DNA of 64,000 nt from Asterias rubens (GCF_902459465.1 NC_047062.1:16616001-16680000), one strand, 5' to 3'. Positions 26,978 through 38,504 are shown, numbered from the stretch's first letter. The notes: generated by a model from the sequence alone, not told the origin. Numbers and translations: made by a program.

Positions 26978-27658
26978 ATGAATACCGTCCGAAATCCTTC
27001 AACGTTTTCTCCTGAAAATCATTCCTCGACTGCTGAGAGAGGAACCGACTTCCGTCATCAGCATCCCATCATGGATTGTCAAGGACCAAGCTTTGAACAG
27101 GATATACTGGATACTATAAGTGAATTACCAGAGCATTGTGAGAACACGGGAAGTGTTGTCATTAAGACTGATCATGAAGAGGATACTCCACCTTTAAATC
27201 TACACGAAAGTGAGGATACCGAAAGTGACAGTTTGGGAACCAAGTCGGTTTCAACATCTCAGCAGAACTGCTGTGAAATGCCATTACCCAAGTGCAATGA
27301 GGAGGAATCCAACTCAACAAAATCTATCCCAGCAACTACTCTTCAGTCATTATCATCTTCATCATCACCATCCCCTTGTCACCATCTTAAATCTGAACAG
27401 GAGGATGCTCTTTCAGCCGACGAAGGGATCCAAACTTCTCCACCCTTCGAGAGGGATGACCCATGGGACCATCACGACGATCTTGACGGGGAAACACCTA
27501 CCACGACGAGGCGGAGACGCTACTCGATGTCCTCGGCCATGGTGCATAGACCGAGACGTCTTGCCGATGGTGATGGGGAAGAAGACGTTATTTTACGGTC
27601 ACCGAATAAGTCATGGCTCGCCGATGAATTAAAGTCTAGGAGATCGAGATATCGTTAG
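26978..27658 (+). CDS. Unassigned acidic Ser/Thr/Pro-rich (predicted disordered) protein, 226 aa (195 aa from the better-context ATG at 27071)
   Basis: 681-nt open frame in AT-rich DNA. Plausible upstream non-coding exon with donor AAG|GTAAGT at 26664/26665 and acceptor at 26853/26854. AATAAA at 27895-27900. No domain recognised. Confidence 0.55.
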   Translation: MNTVRNPSTFSPENHSSTAERGTDFRHQHPIMDCQGPSFEQDILDTISELPEHCENTGSVVIKTDHEEDTPPLNLHESEDTESDSLGTKSVSTSQQNCCEMPLPKCNEEESNSTKSIPATTLQSLSSSSSPSPCHHLKSEQEDALSADEGIQTSPPFERDDPWDHHDDLDGETPTTTRRRRYSMSSAMVHRPRRLADGDGEEDVILRSPNKSWLADELKSRRSRYR

Positions 27659-27686
27659 TATAATTAAAGTGTTTTGAGTGTCGTGA

Positions 27687-27724
<38 letters not shown>

Positions 27725-28880
27725 GGGGGGGGGGTGGCTATTTTAATACAACTGTCATGTTGTGTCATACAATACGATACGCATCTCGATGCCAAGTTCA
27801 TAACAAAGCGCCTCTTCCGGCAAGCTGGCATATTATTTGTGTGTGTAAATTTACACAGAAAACACCCATTGACATTCAAATTTACATTTCTTATAATAAA
27901 AGACACTCAAACATTCTGAGAAGACCTTGGCCCACAAGGAATGTATGTAAAAGCCAAAATATATTGACTTTATAAAGCCAAGTGGTGCACAAGTTTGTTT
28001 ACACGAGTAGCACTATGTTGATGGCATGGCACAAAACATCATAAAGTTAATTCTTCGATGCCATAATGTTTTATAGCACTTCAGTTTGTGATTATAATAT
28101 TATGCTTATTGTCCTGCCCTAAAATTTAATACAAATTTGTAAGTAAAGAACAAACATTTCAAAGTACAAAATCAAAGTTCAACATTTTCAATTTATTATA
28201 TTACTTTGAAGTTGTTTGGTTGAAAATAATGTAAGCTTAAGAAGTGTTGCAGACCCATCAATTTCCATGGCACTTTTTACGATCATTAAATTTTTTACAA
28301 TTTCCGTGTTATTGATTTCCCCCATTATTGAGAGAGCGTTAAATTTTAGCAACGAGTTTTTGTGTCCACATGGAATTTTCTTTTTTATCGGTAGAGTGTT
28401 TGATTTGCTGTTCCATGAAACTTATTTGGTTGTTTCGATGTCGATTAATATCCGTATCAGCAATGACGAGGCTAAGATGGAATAATTATGTTAAGGAGGA
28501 AGAGAGTGGAATATCGGTTTCTAAAATTCCTAAATAAACACAAAACACGCTATAAAAAACGCGTTTCATAAAAGATGAAAGACATGAAGCGATCTGGACC
28601 GCACTGTGCTTCATGTTTGTAAAAGTTTAAGTTTAGGGCCCATCCCTTCTATCGACTTTTAAGTTTTAAGGGAACACAGAGTTTAGCTTTTCATATTTGG
28701 AAAGGATTTATCAGACAAACTTTCGCAAACTGATTATTATAAATAATGTACAACCTATGAGGCAGAACGAACTTTGTACGTGTAGTTTGTTGATCGTGAA
28801 CTGAATATCAAAATAAACGAAATATTTGTGAACAAGATAATTGGCACTTGTAGGCTATTTTACACAAAGAGTTCAAGAAT

Positions 28881-29167
28881 TGGGCCTACAGCCCGTCTTT
28901 TTTTCTGCAATATTGATACTGTGTATAGTCGAAAATAAAGTCTTGTGATTTTATTTGAAAAGATTACGAACAAATAAATAATAATAATAATAATATATCA
29001 CTGTCAGTAAGGATTCCTTAATTAACGTGCCATATTGAAATAATGGGGCCTATACAACCCGTCCCTTTATCTGCAATACCGTGTATAGTCGAAAATAAAG
29101 TCAGGTGATTTTATATTTTTTTTACGCAAAGAAAAATATATAAAAATAATATGTCACTGTCAGTCTA
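28881..29167 (+). repeat. Diverged tandem duplication (~163-bp period)
   Basis: gggcct...cccgtc...ctgcaata...gtgtatagtcgaaaataaagtc...gtgattttat...tcactgtcagt occurs twice. Confidence 0.75.
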
Positions 29168-30019
29168 GAATCAAGGTAAAGTTTGAGTCACACAACCCAT
29201 TTTATCCTCCCTTGTTATTTCAAGAGTCCATTGAATTACATCTGTAGGTTGTTGTACGAGATAAAGGCAACGGTGTTCTGAGTCATTTCAGGGCACTTCC
29301 TGAGTATTCCACCCGTCAAAATCTTACCCTGATCCCCATCTTGACGGTAATTTCAAGGGGCGTGTGACACAAGAAAGTGTACTTCTATTTTGTATGACAA
29401 TTCAATAACAATACATCCAGTTGGCCAGAAACTACACCCCTGAGAAATTCCAGGGATTTTGATTGGAGCAATAGTCATCGAGCTATTTTTAACCAGCGTG
29501 TGAAGTTTAGCTGGTTATAGGCAGCAGGTTGCCCCTTTCATGGAATAAACACATCAGTCAGTTAATTAATACGCCATTTAGAAATCAACATTATTTACAA
29601 AAGTGGGACGGAACCTGTACTGGCCTTTTGGCGTTTTAATAATGTCCAATAGTGAAAAGCTATGATGTGTTAAGTCGATTTATGAGAGCAAAAATATACC
29701 CTCTATTCAGAAAATAAATAGCCCTGTTCTACTCAACATTTACAACAAATTGGTATGGCCAGTGTCAACCACCAGCCACGTCAAAGTTTGGCTACCATTA
29801 GACTTTCGGCTGCTGCTAAGGTTTGCATTGGATAATATTAGTTTATAGGCTAATTGCCGTAAATTGCAATAAAGATCATTCTTTATTTCGTCCTCATGAC
29901 ATTTTTCTCAGGCTTCTCTTTATGTTTTGTACCGCTCGTTTCCGAATAGTGCTGTAAATTCATTTGCGTCTCGGGAAAATAACTTGCATTTTTGTTTTTT
30001 CGTCTCCCTATTTCTACAG

Positions 30020-30159
30020 GTCCGAAAAGTTGTTCCCTGCCCCATGTGGAGTGGTTGAAGCAGAGGACCGAGACAGCTCTGGACCGCAGTGCCGAGATGC
30101 AGCGCCGTACGGCAGAACTCCTACGGAGCGCCAAGGCCGTGCGAGAGCAAGACGTGTGA
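30020..30159 (+). CDS. Candidate terminal coding exon (phase 1) of a small unidentified gene
   Basis: Strong acceptor (ctccctatttctacag), GC-rich coding-like composition, helical-looking frame PKSCSLPHVEWLKQRTETALDRSAEMQRRTAELLRSAKAVREQDV*. Upstream exon uncertain. Confidence 0.3.
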
Positions 30160-31219
30160 TGTGGTCAAGACAACCAGTCATCAGCCACTGGGTCGCCAAA
30201 CACAATTAATAGCAACCGTATAAACTTCAAAATAGTAAAAATGAAGAAGAAAAAACGATAACAACTTCGACACCAAAATAGTATTCTGGTTAAGACTTTC
30301 AATTGCAGTCTTTTCATTTTAAAACAAAGTCTTTGTCGGAATTTAAATGGCCGTACTTTTGAGTTAGTGTCAATTTCAACCATTGGAGAAAGTGTTCATT
30401 TAGTTGGCCCTCTACCTTTATTTTACATATAAAAAGTTCAGTTTATATTTCCATTTTTTGGGGGCCATTCAAAGCTATACTTGCTGTCAGTTTCACTCGT
30501 TCGATTTCATAATTTTTCGTCACTCTTGTCTGTATGAAACTTCTGAAGTGTCTGAAGTGTCCAAAAATATAATTTATTCGCATGATCATAAAGACGGAGG
30601 CTATAAATAAATAGTTATGGACAACTTAATTTTTTTGAAAAATATTTCAACCATTGATGCAAACTATTAATCTTTAGGCCTGCCCACAAGTCCAACCTCC
30701 ATTGCCGAAGTCTGTGCTTCGAAATAAAACGATTGATCGATTGACAGGGCACTCACATCTCAGTGTTCACCCGATTTTAGAAAACGGATAAAGCAATATT
30801 GAGATAATTGTGTAAATTTGTAATAACATTTTACCTGTAAATAAATCAAGTGCACAATATTAAAACTTTATTTTGTGTCAACAAGTGATTTGTGTCTCGT
30901 TTGCTTTGCTCTAGTCGGTTTCTTGTTTATTTATTAATGTTAATTCTCAAGATTAAATAGGCTAAGAATAGGGGCGAGCTGTGTACACAGTCGTCAAAGC
31001 ATTTGGAAAACTATGAATAAGCCTATCATTTAAGTGGACATGGGTGAACATTTTTGGGTAGTGACGCAGTGATTGAAAATTCCAATACACAAGCTCACCG
31101 GCGGTCCGTGTACCTCCATGGTTCCAATGGTTCTACCGGGTGAAAGGCAGGGGCAGAAACCACTGATGCTACCTGTGTGACTGTTGTTGGACTTTTTTTT
31201 TTGGGGGGGGGGTAGTGAC

Positions 31220-31698
31220 ATGCAATTATGTCTTCTGTGCAATACTATCCGGAGGACATTATTGCATATGCAATAATGTCCGCCGGACGGTTTTGCAAAT
31301 GCCATTGTGTCTGCCCGGACGCTGCTGCATAATGCAATTGTATCCACCCAGACACATTTGCATATGCAGTTGTGTCCGCCCCTGTGCAAAACCGCCCTTG
31401 CAGTAAATTAAACGCCCTTGGTCGACGGAACACGTTCGCCATTTTTTTTACAAGCTAAGTGCATGTCATGAATGACATGGGAAATGTACGGCCGTTGGGT
31501 ATTCCTGCAATCATAAAACACGTGAATATTCATGCTGTATTTTATACGTAGGTTCAGTGCATGCACGCTCGCTTACGCGCGCACATACATGTACAGTCAT
31601 GTACATGTCCACCGGACGGTTTTTGCATAGCCCCGGACACGATTGCATATGCAAAAGTGTCCGGAGCGGACAGTATTGCATGGCGGACACAATTGCAT
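31220..31698. repeat. Two clusters of tandem ~32-bp degenerate palindromes (ATGCAATTGTGTCC-loop-GGACACAATTGCAT)
   Basis: Units start at 31220, 31268, 31299, 31332, 31364; the second cluster spans ~31604-31698. Confidence 0.75.
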
Positions 31699-31838
31699 CT
31701 GACAGGGGCACCATGAGCATAACAAGAAGCATTAATGAGGTAGCCGGCTGACATGCTGATTGCCTTTTCATGCGGTTTTATCGAGTAATCCACGAAAGAT
31801 GAGTCAACTCCAAAAACACGTACTTTTAAAATTCTTGC

Positions 31839-32316
31839 TGTCAGAAAGTCTCCGCAACAGGACAGTTTTCGTTATAGCGCCCTCTCTTGAATCAAAATCT
31901 CCAATGTTTCCATGATCATACCAATCGCCATTTTACAAGTCCAAATCCAAACTAATCACGTAAATTCCTCAAATAATTCCTAAATATCCAGGTTAATCCA
32001 ATCATCGAATCACTTTTATTAATCACCAAAGTCCCGTGCGTACATCCTAATCGTGAGTACTGTTTTAATTATTACAAAGGGTGATTTTAAGGGAAGTTGG
32101 TTTTCCATGTAATTCACGTTTCGATTTGTTTACATCCACATTGTTACAATGCATATAAATGTACATGTAGGCCCATATCATAGCGTATAATGTATAACGA
32201 TGATTACTGTTACCAGCCCAATATGTATAATTGATTGGGGTTAATTTCTGCTTTCTCTATAGAACCACGGGTATATGATCACCAATAAATCAAAGTTCAA
32301 GTACACCTTCTTTTCA
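31839..32316 (+). repeat. 5' LTR (478 bp)
   Basis: Begins tgtcagaaag, ends cttttca; direct repeat of 38505-38982. Confidence 0.97.
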
Positions 32317-32330
32317 TGGTCCTTCGAGCC
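32317..32330 (+). promoter_or_regulatory. Primer binding site, complementary to the tRNA-Tyr 3' end
   Basis: TGGTCCTTCGAGCC immediately after the 5' LTR; the reverse complement matches the GGCTCGAAGGA-CCA end of animal tRNA-Tyr. Confidence 0.8.
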
Positions 32331-32335
32331 CGTAT

Positions 32336-35300
32336 TTGAACCAGCGACCTACGGCTATGGCTACGAATGAAATGGAGACCGAGAACATTAACCAGACAAC
32401 CCCTCTCGATGATACCCATGCAGTTACCATTGGCGGTGTTACTATTCCAGTTGCAAGTCCAGCTACCAGTACACATCCAGTCCCAGTTACTGTCACCATC
32501 GTCGAGACCTCACCTTCCTCTACCGGGGTTTGCAGCACAGCTACAGCTGCAGCAGTTGGACTACAGACAAGTGCTGTTACCGTCCAATCCCGTTCTCGGT
32601 CCTCTCGTGACAGACGTATGCCGGCCCACTTTCAGGACTTTGTTATTGACCACCATCCTTCAACTTCCGGCAGAACAGATGAGCATAGCGTTGTAACCAC
32701 ACAAACATCTCGTTCACGGAGGAGTTCTCACTCATCGAACTCACTCTACAGCGGACAGTCCCGTCACAGTAAATCTTCCTTCAAGTCAATACTGAGTGAC
32801 TCCCAATCAGCGAAACTCAAACAGCAACGCAAACAGGCTGAACTGGAAGAGATGAAACGCCAGATTGAGGAAGATCAATCAGCAGATGAAGAGTTACAAA
32901 GGCTAGACGATGAGGCATATGCCGCACGGATACACGCAGACGAAGAAGCCCTTGCGGCTCGTAGACGTGCCGAAGAAATTGAGCGAAATGCTTTTCGTCA
33001 GCGCGAGTCTCTGAACACACGACTATCAAGACAAAGAAGATTGCGAGAAGTGGAACAACAGCTAAATGAAGCACGACTGATCACAGCCATGGTCAACAGT
33101 GATCCAGAACCAGAGATAGAGAAACAGCATCAAACTGTGACCCCATCTTCCATCAACCAAACAACATTGTCTGACTCACCAACCCAGGGTCAAACAATCA
33201 CAGTCAGTGCTGAGAATAGTCACATAGCCAACTTGAGTGATGTCCCTACATACAGCAATACTGCAGCTCATAAGCACAAAGCTGAAGTACACGTAGTTGA
33301 TGTCACCACTCCGGCTGTTTATTCTCCATCTAAAGTAACACCACCATCCATGCAGCCGGCAGTTACCAATCCGTACCCTATGACTGCACCAACACAGTCG
33401 GTTGGTTGGGCACCACCTTTTCCAAACCCCTTCGCACAACCGTACCCGGCTCCATCACATCCAATGGGGCCAGCTCCAGCACAAATGATGATGCCGAACT
33501 CCACGGAGATGCTGATTGCCTCTTCATATGGCATACCAAGGCCAGTACTACCTACCTTCAGCAGTGGAAAGGAGAAAGACTTTGCCCTCCTAAAAATGGC
33601 ACTCGATAACCTGATCGACGTTCATCCCCACTTAACCGAGCCGTACAAGTACCAGGTTTTGCTGGGTAAACTCAGCGGGAACATCAAGAGGTTAGCCGAA
33701 GCTTTCATCCATGAAGCCAAGCCATACACTGCAGCTCTGCAAGCCTTGAAAGAAAGGTACGGTCAACCACGGCAGTTGATACAGAGTGAAATCAACTCCA
33801 TCCTGAGTATGCCCCCTGTGAAGTACAACGACAATGACGCCTTTGAGAACTTTTCCCTCTCCGTGCATTCATTGGTAGGGATGCTTAAATCTCTGGAGGG
33901 AGAGAATGGCTATGAATTAAAGTGCGGTTCTCATGTCGACCGACTCCTAAGCAAACTTCCATCAAGCTACAGAGATAGATTTGTGGAGCACTGCATTAGT
34001 AGAGACATAATTAAGGTAGACTCCAACAACACCTATACCCTACTCCACTTTGCAAACTGGTTGCAAACGAAGTCCCGAGCGAGGCGAATTGTCAGTCAGG
34101 CTACTGCTATCCAGAAGAGTGACAACCCTTCTACTGATAAGAAGGATAAACACTTTCAGAAGAGGAATGCTCCTGCAACAGCAGTATTCGTCACAAACGA
34201 AACACCAACGATGCCCCCATCGACGAACACCACTTACTCTGGACAGAAGGGCCCAAACAGACCCAAAGCCTACTGTCCCAAGTGTAACGAGACAACACAC
34301 TACCTCAACAGCTGTACAGAGTTTAAACAGTTGACAACCGAACAGATCATTAACTGGATCAAGGAAAAGAATAGGTGCTGGAGGTGTGGGCGTTCCCACA
34401 AGCCAGAAAACTGCACCCTGAAGAAACCTTGTAACACCTGCAAAGAACAGCACCTGACTGCCCTCCATGCTGCCATCCAGAGCGGAGCTAGTAAGGTTTA
34501 CGTCACAGAAGCAGTAACGCAAGCCCTCTTCATCGACCAACCCTCCCGACCACATCATATTATGCTAAAGGTGGTAAAAGTTCTGCTTCACGGACCAGGA
34601 GGGATGATAGAGACCTATGCCATCCTTGACGACGGTTCAATGCGAACCATGATCCTGATGCCAGCTGTTCAAGCGTTGAAGCTTTCTGGGGTAGAAGACA
34701 ACATACTCCTGGCTACAGTGCGCAGTGAGCCATTCCTATGTGCAGGAAAATCAGTTAACCTGCAAGTGTCACCCAGGGACAACTCTGACGTCAGATATCC
34801 TATCAATGGTGCCTTTGCTGCCAACAACTTGTGCCTCTCTGAGTACTCGTATCCTGTTGAAGCCCTCAAGAAACGATGGTCACACCTTCGTCAGATACCC
34901 TTGCCTCCGATCAATAAGGCTTGCCCACTAATCCTGATTGGTTCAGACTATGCTGACCTCATTCACCCGATACAACCAGTTCGATTTGGCCCCAGAGGAG
35001 CACCATTAGCTGTATGCACAAAACTTGGTTGGTCTCTACAGGGTCCAGCCAATCTCCTTCAAAGCCAATCAGAAGAGCAACAGTGCTTATTCACGACAAC
35101 CCTTCAGCCAACCACAGATCTGCTTAAAAATGTTGAACGACTCTGGCAAGCAGACATCCTACCCTACTCTGAAAAGCAAGTCACTCGCTCGAAACAAGAT
35201 AAGCAAGCCATAGCGACACTTGAAGAGAAAACCATCAGAATAGAGATTGACGGAGTTCAGCGCTACGCCACTCCTCTACTTCGCACCAAAGACGACAACA

Positions 35301-38300
35301 AATTCAGAGCTACTAAGGAAGCCGTCATGCAAAACCTGAAGCGGAACGAAAGACGCCTCCAAAAACACCCAGATAAAGCTGAAATTCACAACAAGCTTAT
35401 CCAAACCCTTGTCGACACAGGCTTTGTGAAAATCATCAGCAACGAAGAAGCTCTGAAAACTGAAGAGTCCTGGTATATTCCGCACCACGTAGTTGAGCAC
35501 AATGGAAAACACCGCTTGGTATTCAACTGCTCTTACGAGTATGAAGGCAAGATCCTCAACAATCACCTACTACCAGGGCCAACACAAGGTGCTTCACTGC
35601 TCGGCGTATTCCTGCGATTCCGCCAACACCCTGTTGCCATATCTGGGGATATTCAGGCAATGTTCCATCAAGTGAGACTACTCCCTGAAGACAAACCTCT
35701 CCTTCGATTTGTATGGCGTAAGATGAACCGAGACGTTGAGCCAGATATCTACGAATGGCAAGTTTTACCATTTGGCACCACGTGCAGCCCATGCTGTGCC
35801 ACATTTGCACTACGCAAACACGTCAGCGATGACAAGGATGTCTGCAGTGCAGTTGACCAGGCATTCTACGTCGACAATTGCCTTGACAGTAAACCTACCA
35901 TATCCGAAGCAAAGGAGCTCGTTATGAAGATGCGAAAGCTACTCTCAACTGGTGGTTTCAACATCAGACAATGGGCCAGCAACATCCCTTCAGTAGTTGA
36001 TGAACTTCCATCTAATGCCAGATCTGAAGGCTACGAGCTCTGGTTAGCCTTTGGTCAGAACGACTTGTCCGAAGGCACCCTTGGACTTCGATGGCAATGT
36101 TCAACAGACGAACTCAGTTATAAACACAGATCAACTGAGTACTCGACGCTCAACCTACGAACTATCTACAAGATTCTTGCTAGCCAGTATGATCCAATTG
36201 GCTACATTTCTCCCTTCACAGCACGTGCTAAGGTGCTAGTGCAAGACCTTTGGAAGACAAAACGAGACTGGGACGACCCTCTGGAACCAGGAAAGATCCG
36301 TGATCAGTGGCTCACTTGGGAGGAGGAGCTCTCCGACCTTCCTCTGGTTAAACTGCCGAGATGTTACACCCCGCCTGATGTCAACACAGTGACTTCCAAT
36401 AGAGAACTACATGTTTTCTGTGACGCATCTGAACGAGTATACGGATCAGTTGCCTACCTCCGCACTGAAGATGACAAGGGGAACGTCAGCGTCAGTTTTC
36501 TCATGTCTCGATCCAGAGTGGCACCGAAAAGACAACTATCGATGCCACGACTCGAGTTATCAGCAGCTCTCACCGGTGCACAACTAGCCGATCTCCTTCG
36601 TAAGGAACTTACCCTAGAGATCAACAAGGTCACCCTATGGAGCGATTCGACCACGGTCCTGCAGTGGTTGAAGTCAGAATCATGCCGATATAAGGTCTTC
36701 GTTGGTACTCGTGTCACCGAAATACAGACCCTTACAGATGTGCAGGACTGGCGCTATGTGGACACCCAGAACAACCCTGCCGATGACATTACCAGGGGTA
36801 AGTCACTCAAAGAACTGAGTGAAGAATCCCGATGGAAGACAGGCCCACTCTATCTTCGTCAACCTCCGTCTCAGTGGCCGAAAAGTCCAATCACTGACCC
36901 TACAGAGGATGCAACAGAGCTGAAAAAAGCAACCTTCTGTGGTAAGACTGCCATTGTAGAAAACCCATTGCAGCCCGATCTCCATCAGTACAACAGCTGG
37001 GACGCTCTGGTAGAGGCTTTCAAACTATCCCTTCACGGGGTGGCCAAACCTGGAGATGACACAGCACAGTTGCGGGAGGACATCGAAAATCTTCTGTACC
37101 AAAAATGTCAACTCGAAAGCTTCCCTGAAGAGCTGTCTGCCTTAAAGGCCAAACGAGGAATACCGTCCGGGAGCAAGCTCTCACAGTTGGACCCAGCCTA
37201 TGACGAAACCGCAAAGCTCATCAGAGTTGGAGGACGACTACGTAGGGCAGAAATCCTCTCCGATGCTGTTAAATACCCAATCGTCCTTGATCCTCAACAC
37301 CACATCACCAAGCTGATAATACGTGACTATGACGAGAAGCTTCTTCACTATGGTCCAGAACGTATTCTAGCTGAATTAAGACGCAAGTTTTGGATACTCC
37401 GGGGAAGGGAGGCAATTCGTCGTCATCAGCATCAATGCTTTGAATGCCGCAAATGGCGCGCAAAACCCGAAGTACCAAAGATGGGTGATCTTCCTCCGTC
37501 CCGTCTCCGTCTATTTAAGCCAGCCTTCTACTCTACCGGTGTTGACTGTTTCGGTCCGATGCATGTCAAGATTGGTCGCCGCTCCGAGAAAAGGTGGGGG
37601 GTGATCTTCAAGTGTATGACGACCAGAGCTATTCATATAGATCTCTTAGAAGGCCTGGACACCGATGCCTTCTTGATGTCCTTTCGGCGCTTCATTTCCA
37701 GACGAGGGAAGCCCTATGAGTTGCTATCTGATTGCGGAACCAATTTCAAGGGAGCTGAAACTGAATTACAGGAAGCATTCCATGCCATGAAACCTGACCT
37801 TGCAGCACAACTAGGCGACCAGAAAGTGAGATTCAAGTTTAATCCACCCAGTGCACCTCACTTCGGCGGAGTGTGGGAGCGAGAGATCAAGAGCATTAAA
37901 GACGGTCTCAAGGTTGTAATCAAGGACCAATCAGTCACCGAAGCCGTACTCCGCACCGTCCTGATAGAAATTGAAGGCATCCTCAATTCCAAGCCATTGG
38001 GCTACATCTCATCTGATGTTGCAGACATCAATCCCATAACTCCGAATATCCTACTGATGGGACGCCATGACCAGTCACTTCCGCAAGTAGTATACCCTGT
38101 CGACGAGCTGATAGGACGACGCCGATGGCGCCACAGCCAAGTACTAGCGGACCAGTTCTGGTCACATTTCCTGAAATACTACCTGCCAAGCCTCCAACTT
38201 CGCCCAAAATGGCAAAAGGACTGCCGTAACCTCACCTGTGGCGATGTTGTCATGATTGCCGACCCTCAGCAGCCTAGAGCTCATTGGCTAGTTGGTAGAG

Positions 38301-38431
38301 TCATCGAGACACTTCCTGGAGTTGATGATCGCATCCGAGCAGCCAGAGTTAAAGTCGCTGATCGCGAATACACCAGACCCGTTGCGCGTCTGATACGCCT
38401 ACCTGAGATCACCGATAGTGAAGACCCCTAG
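32336..38431 (+). CDS. BEL/Pao Gag-Pol polyprotein, 2031 aa
   Basis: Three Cys/His knuckles (CPKC..H..C, CWRC..H..C, CNTCKEQH), aspartic protease AILDDGS, RT (DIQAMFHQV, FYVDN), RNase H (VFCDASERVYG), integrase (GVDCFGP, SDCGTNF, GGVWERE). Order PR-RT-RH-IN is typical of BEL/Pao. Confidence 0.97.
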   Translation: MNQRPTAMATNEMETENINQTTPLDDTHAVTIGGVTIPVASPATSTHPVPVTVTIVETSPSSTGVCSTATAAAVGLQTSAVTVQSRSRSSRDRRMPAHFQDFVIDHHPSTSGRTDEHSVVTTQTSRSRRSSHSSNSLYSGQSRHSKSSFKSILSDSQSAKLKQQRKQAELEEMKRQIEEDQSADEELQRLDDEAYAARIHADEEALAARRRAEEIERNAFRQRESLNTRLSRQRRLREVEQQLNEARLITAMVNSDPEPEIEKQHQTVTPSSINQTTLSDSPTQGQTITVSAENSHIANLSDVPTYSNTAAHKHKAEVHVVDVTTPAVYSPSKVTPPSMQPAVTNPYPMTAPTQSVGWAPPFPNPFAQPYPAPSHPMGPAPAQMMMPNSTEMLIASSYGIPRPVLPTFSSGKEKDFALLKMALDNLIDVHPHLTEPYKYQVLLGKLSGNIKRLAEAFIHEAKPYTAALQALKERYGQPRQLIQSEINSILSMPPVKYNDNDAFENFSLSVHSLVGMLKSLEGENGYELKCGSHVDRLLSKLPSSYRDRFVEHCISRDIIKVDSNNTYTLLHFANWLQTKSRARRIVSQATAIQKSDNPSTDKKDKHFQKRNAPATAVFVTNETPTMPPSTNTTYSGQKGPNRPKAYCPKCNETTHYLNSCTEFKQLTTEQIINWIKEKNRCWRCGRSHKPENCTLKKPCNTCKEQHLTALHAAIQSGASKVYVTEAVTQALFIDQPSRPHHIMLKVVKVLLHGPGGMIETYAILDDGSMRTMILMPAVQALKLSGVEDNILLATVRSEPFLCAGKSVNLQVSPRDNSDVRYPINGAFAANNLCLSEYSYPVEALKKRWSHLRQIPLPPINKACPLILIGSDYADLIHPIQPVRFGPRGAPLAVCTKLGWSLQGPANLLQSQSEEQQCLFTTTLQPTTDLLKNVERLWQADILPYSEKQVTRSKQDKQAIATLEEKTIRIEIDGVQRYATPLLRTKDDNKFRATKEAVMQNLKRNERRLQKHPDKAEIHNKLIQTLVDTGFVKIISNEEALKTEESWYIPHHVVEHNGKHRLVFNCSYEYEGKILNNHLLPGPTQGASLLGVFLRFRQHPVAISGDIQAMFHQVRLLPEDKPLLRFVWRKMNRDVEPDIYEWQVLPFGTTCSPCCATFALRKHVSDDKDVCSAVDQAFYVDNCLDSKPTISEAKELVMKMRKLLSTGGFNIRQWASNIPSVVDELPSNARSEGYELWLAFGQNDLSEGTLGLRWQCSTDELSYKHRSTEYSTLNLRTIYKILASQYDPIGYISPFTARAKVLVQDLWKTKRDWDDPLEPGKIRDQWLTWEEELSDLPLVKLPRCYTPPDVNTVTSNRELHVFCDASERVYGSVAYLRTEDDKGNVSVSFLMSRSRVAPKRQLSMPRLELSAALTGAQLADLLRKELTLEINKVTLWSDSTTVLQWLKSESCRYKVFVGTRVTEIQTLTDVQDWRYVDTQNNPADDITRGKSLKELSEESRWKTGPLYLRQPPSQWPKSPITDPTEDATELKKATFCGKTAIVENPLQPDLHQYNSWDALVEAFKLSLHGVAKPGDDTAQLREDIENLLYQKCQLESFPEELSALKAKRGIPSGSKLSQLDPAYDETAKLIRVGGRLRRAEILSDAVKYPIVLDPQHHITKLIIRDYDEKLLHYGPERILAELRRKFWILRGREAIRRHQHQCFECRKWRAKPEVPKMGDLPPSRLRLFKPAFYSTGVDCFGPMHVKIGRRSEKRWGVIFKCMTTRAIHIDLLEGLDTDAFLMSFRRFISRRGKPYELLSDCGTNFKGAETELQEAFHAMKPDLAAQLGDQKVRFKFNPPSAPHFGGVWEREIKSIKDGLKVVIKDQSVTEAVLRTVLIEIEGILNSKPLGYISSDVADINPITPNILLMGRHDQSLPQVVYPVDELIGRRRWRHSQVLADQFWSHFLKYYLPSLQLRPKWQKDCRNLTCGDVVMIADPQQPRAHWLVGRVIETLPGVDDRIRAARVKVADREYTRPVARLIRLPEITDSEDP

Positions 38432-38504
38432 AGTTGGACACCTATCGTGGACTTTTGAAGACTTTCTCTGTTTGATAAAATTTAGAGCCTAAATTTGGGG
38501 TGGC

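Noticed and set aside
32314-37214. Short ORFs on other frames and strands within the retrotransposon; possible env gene
   Set aside because: Shadow ORFs of the long gag-pol frame. Only 73 nt separate the pol stop from the 3' LTR, so there is no room for env.
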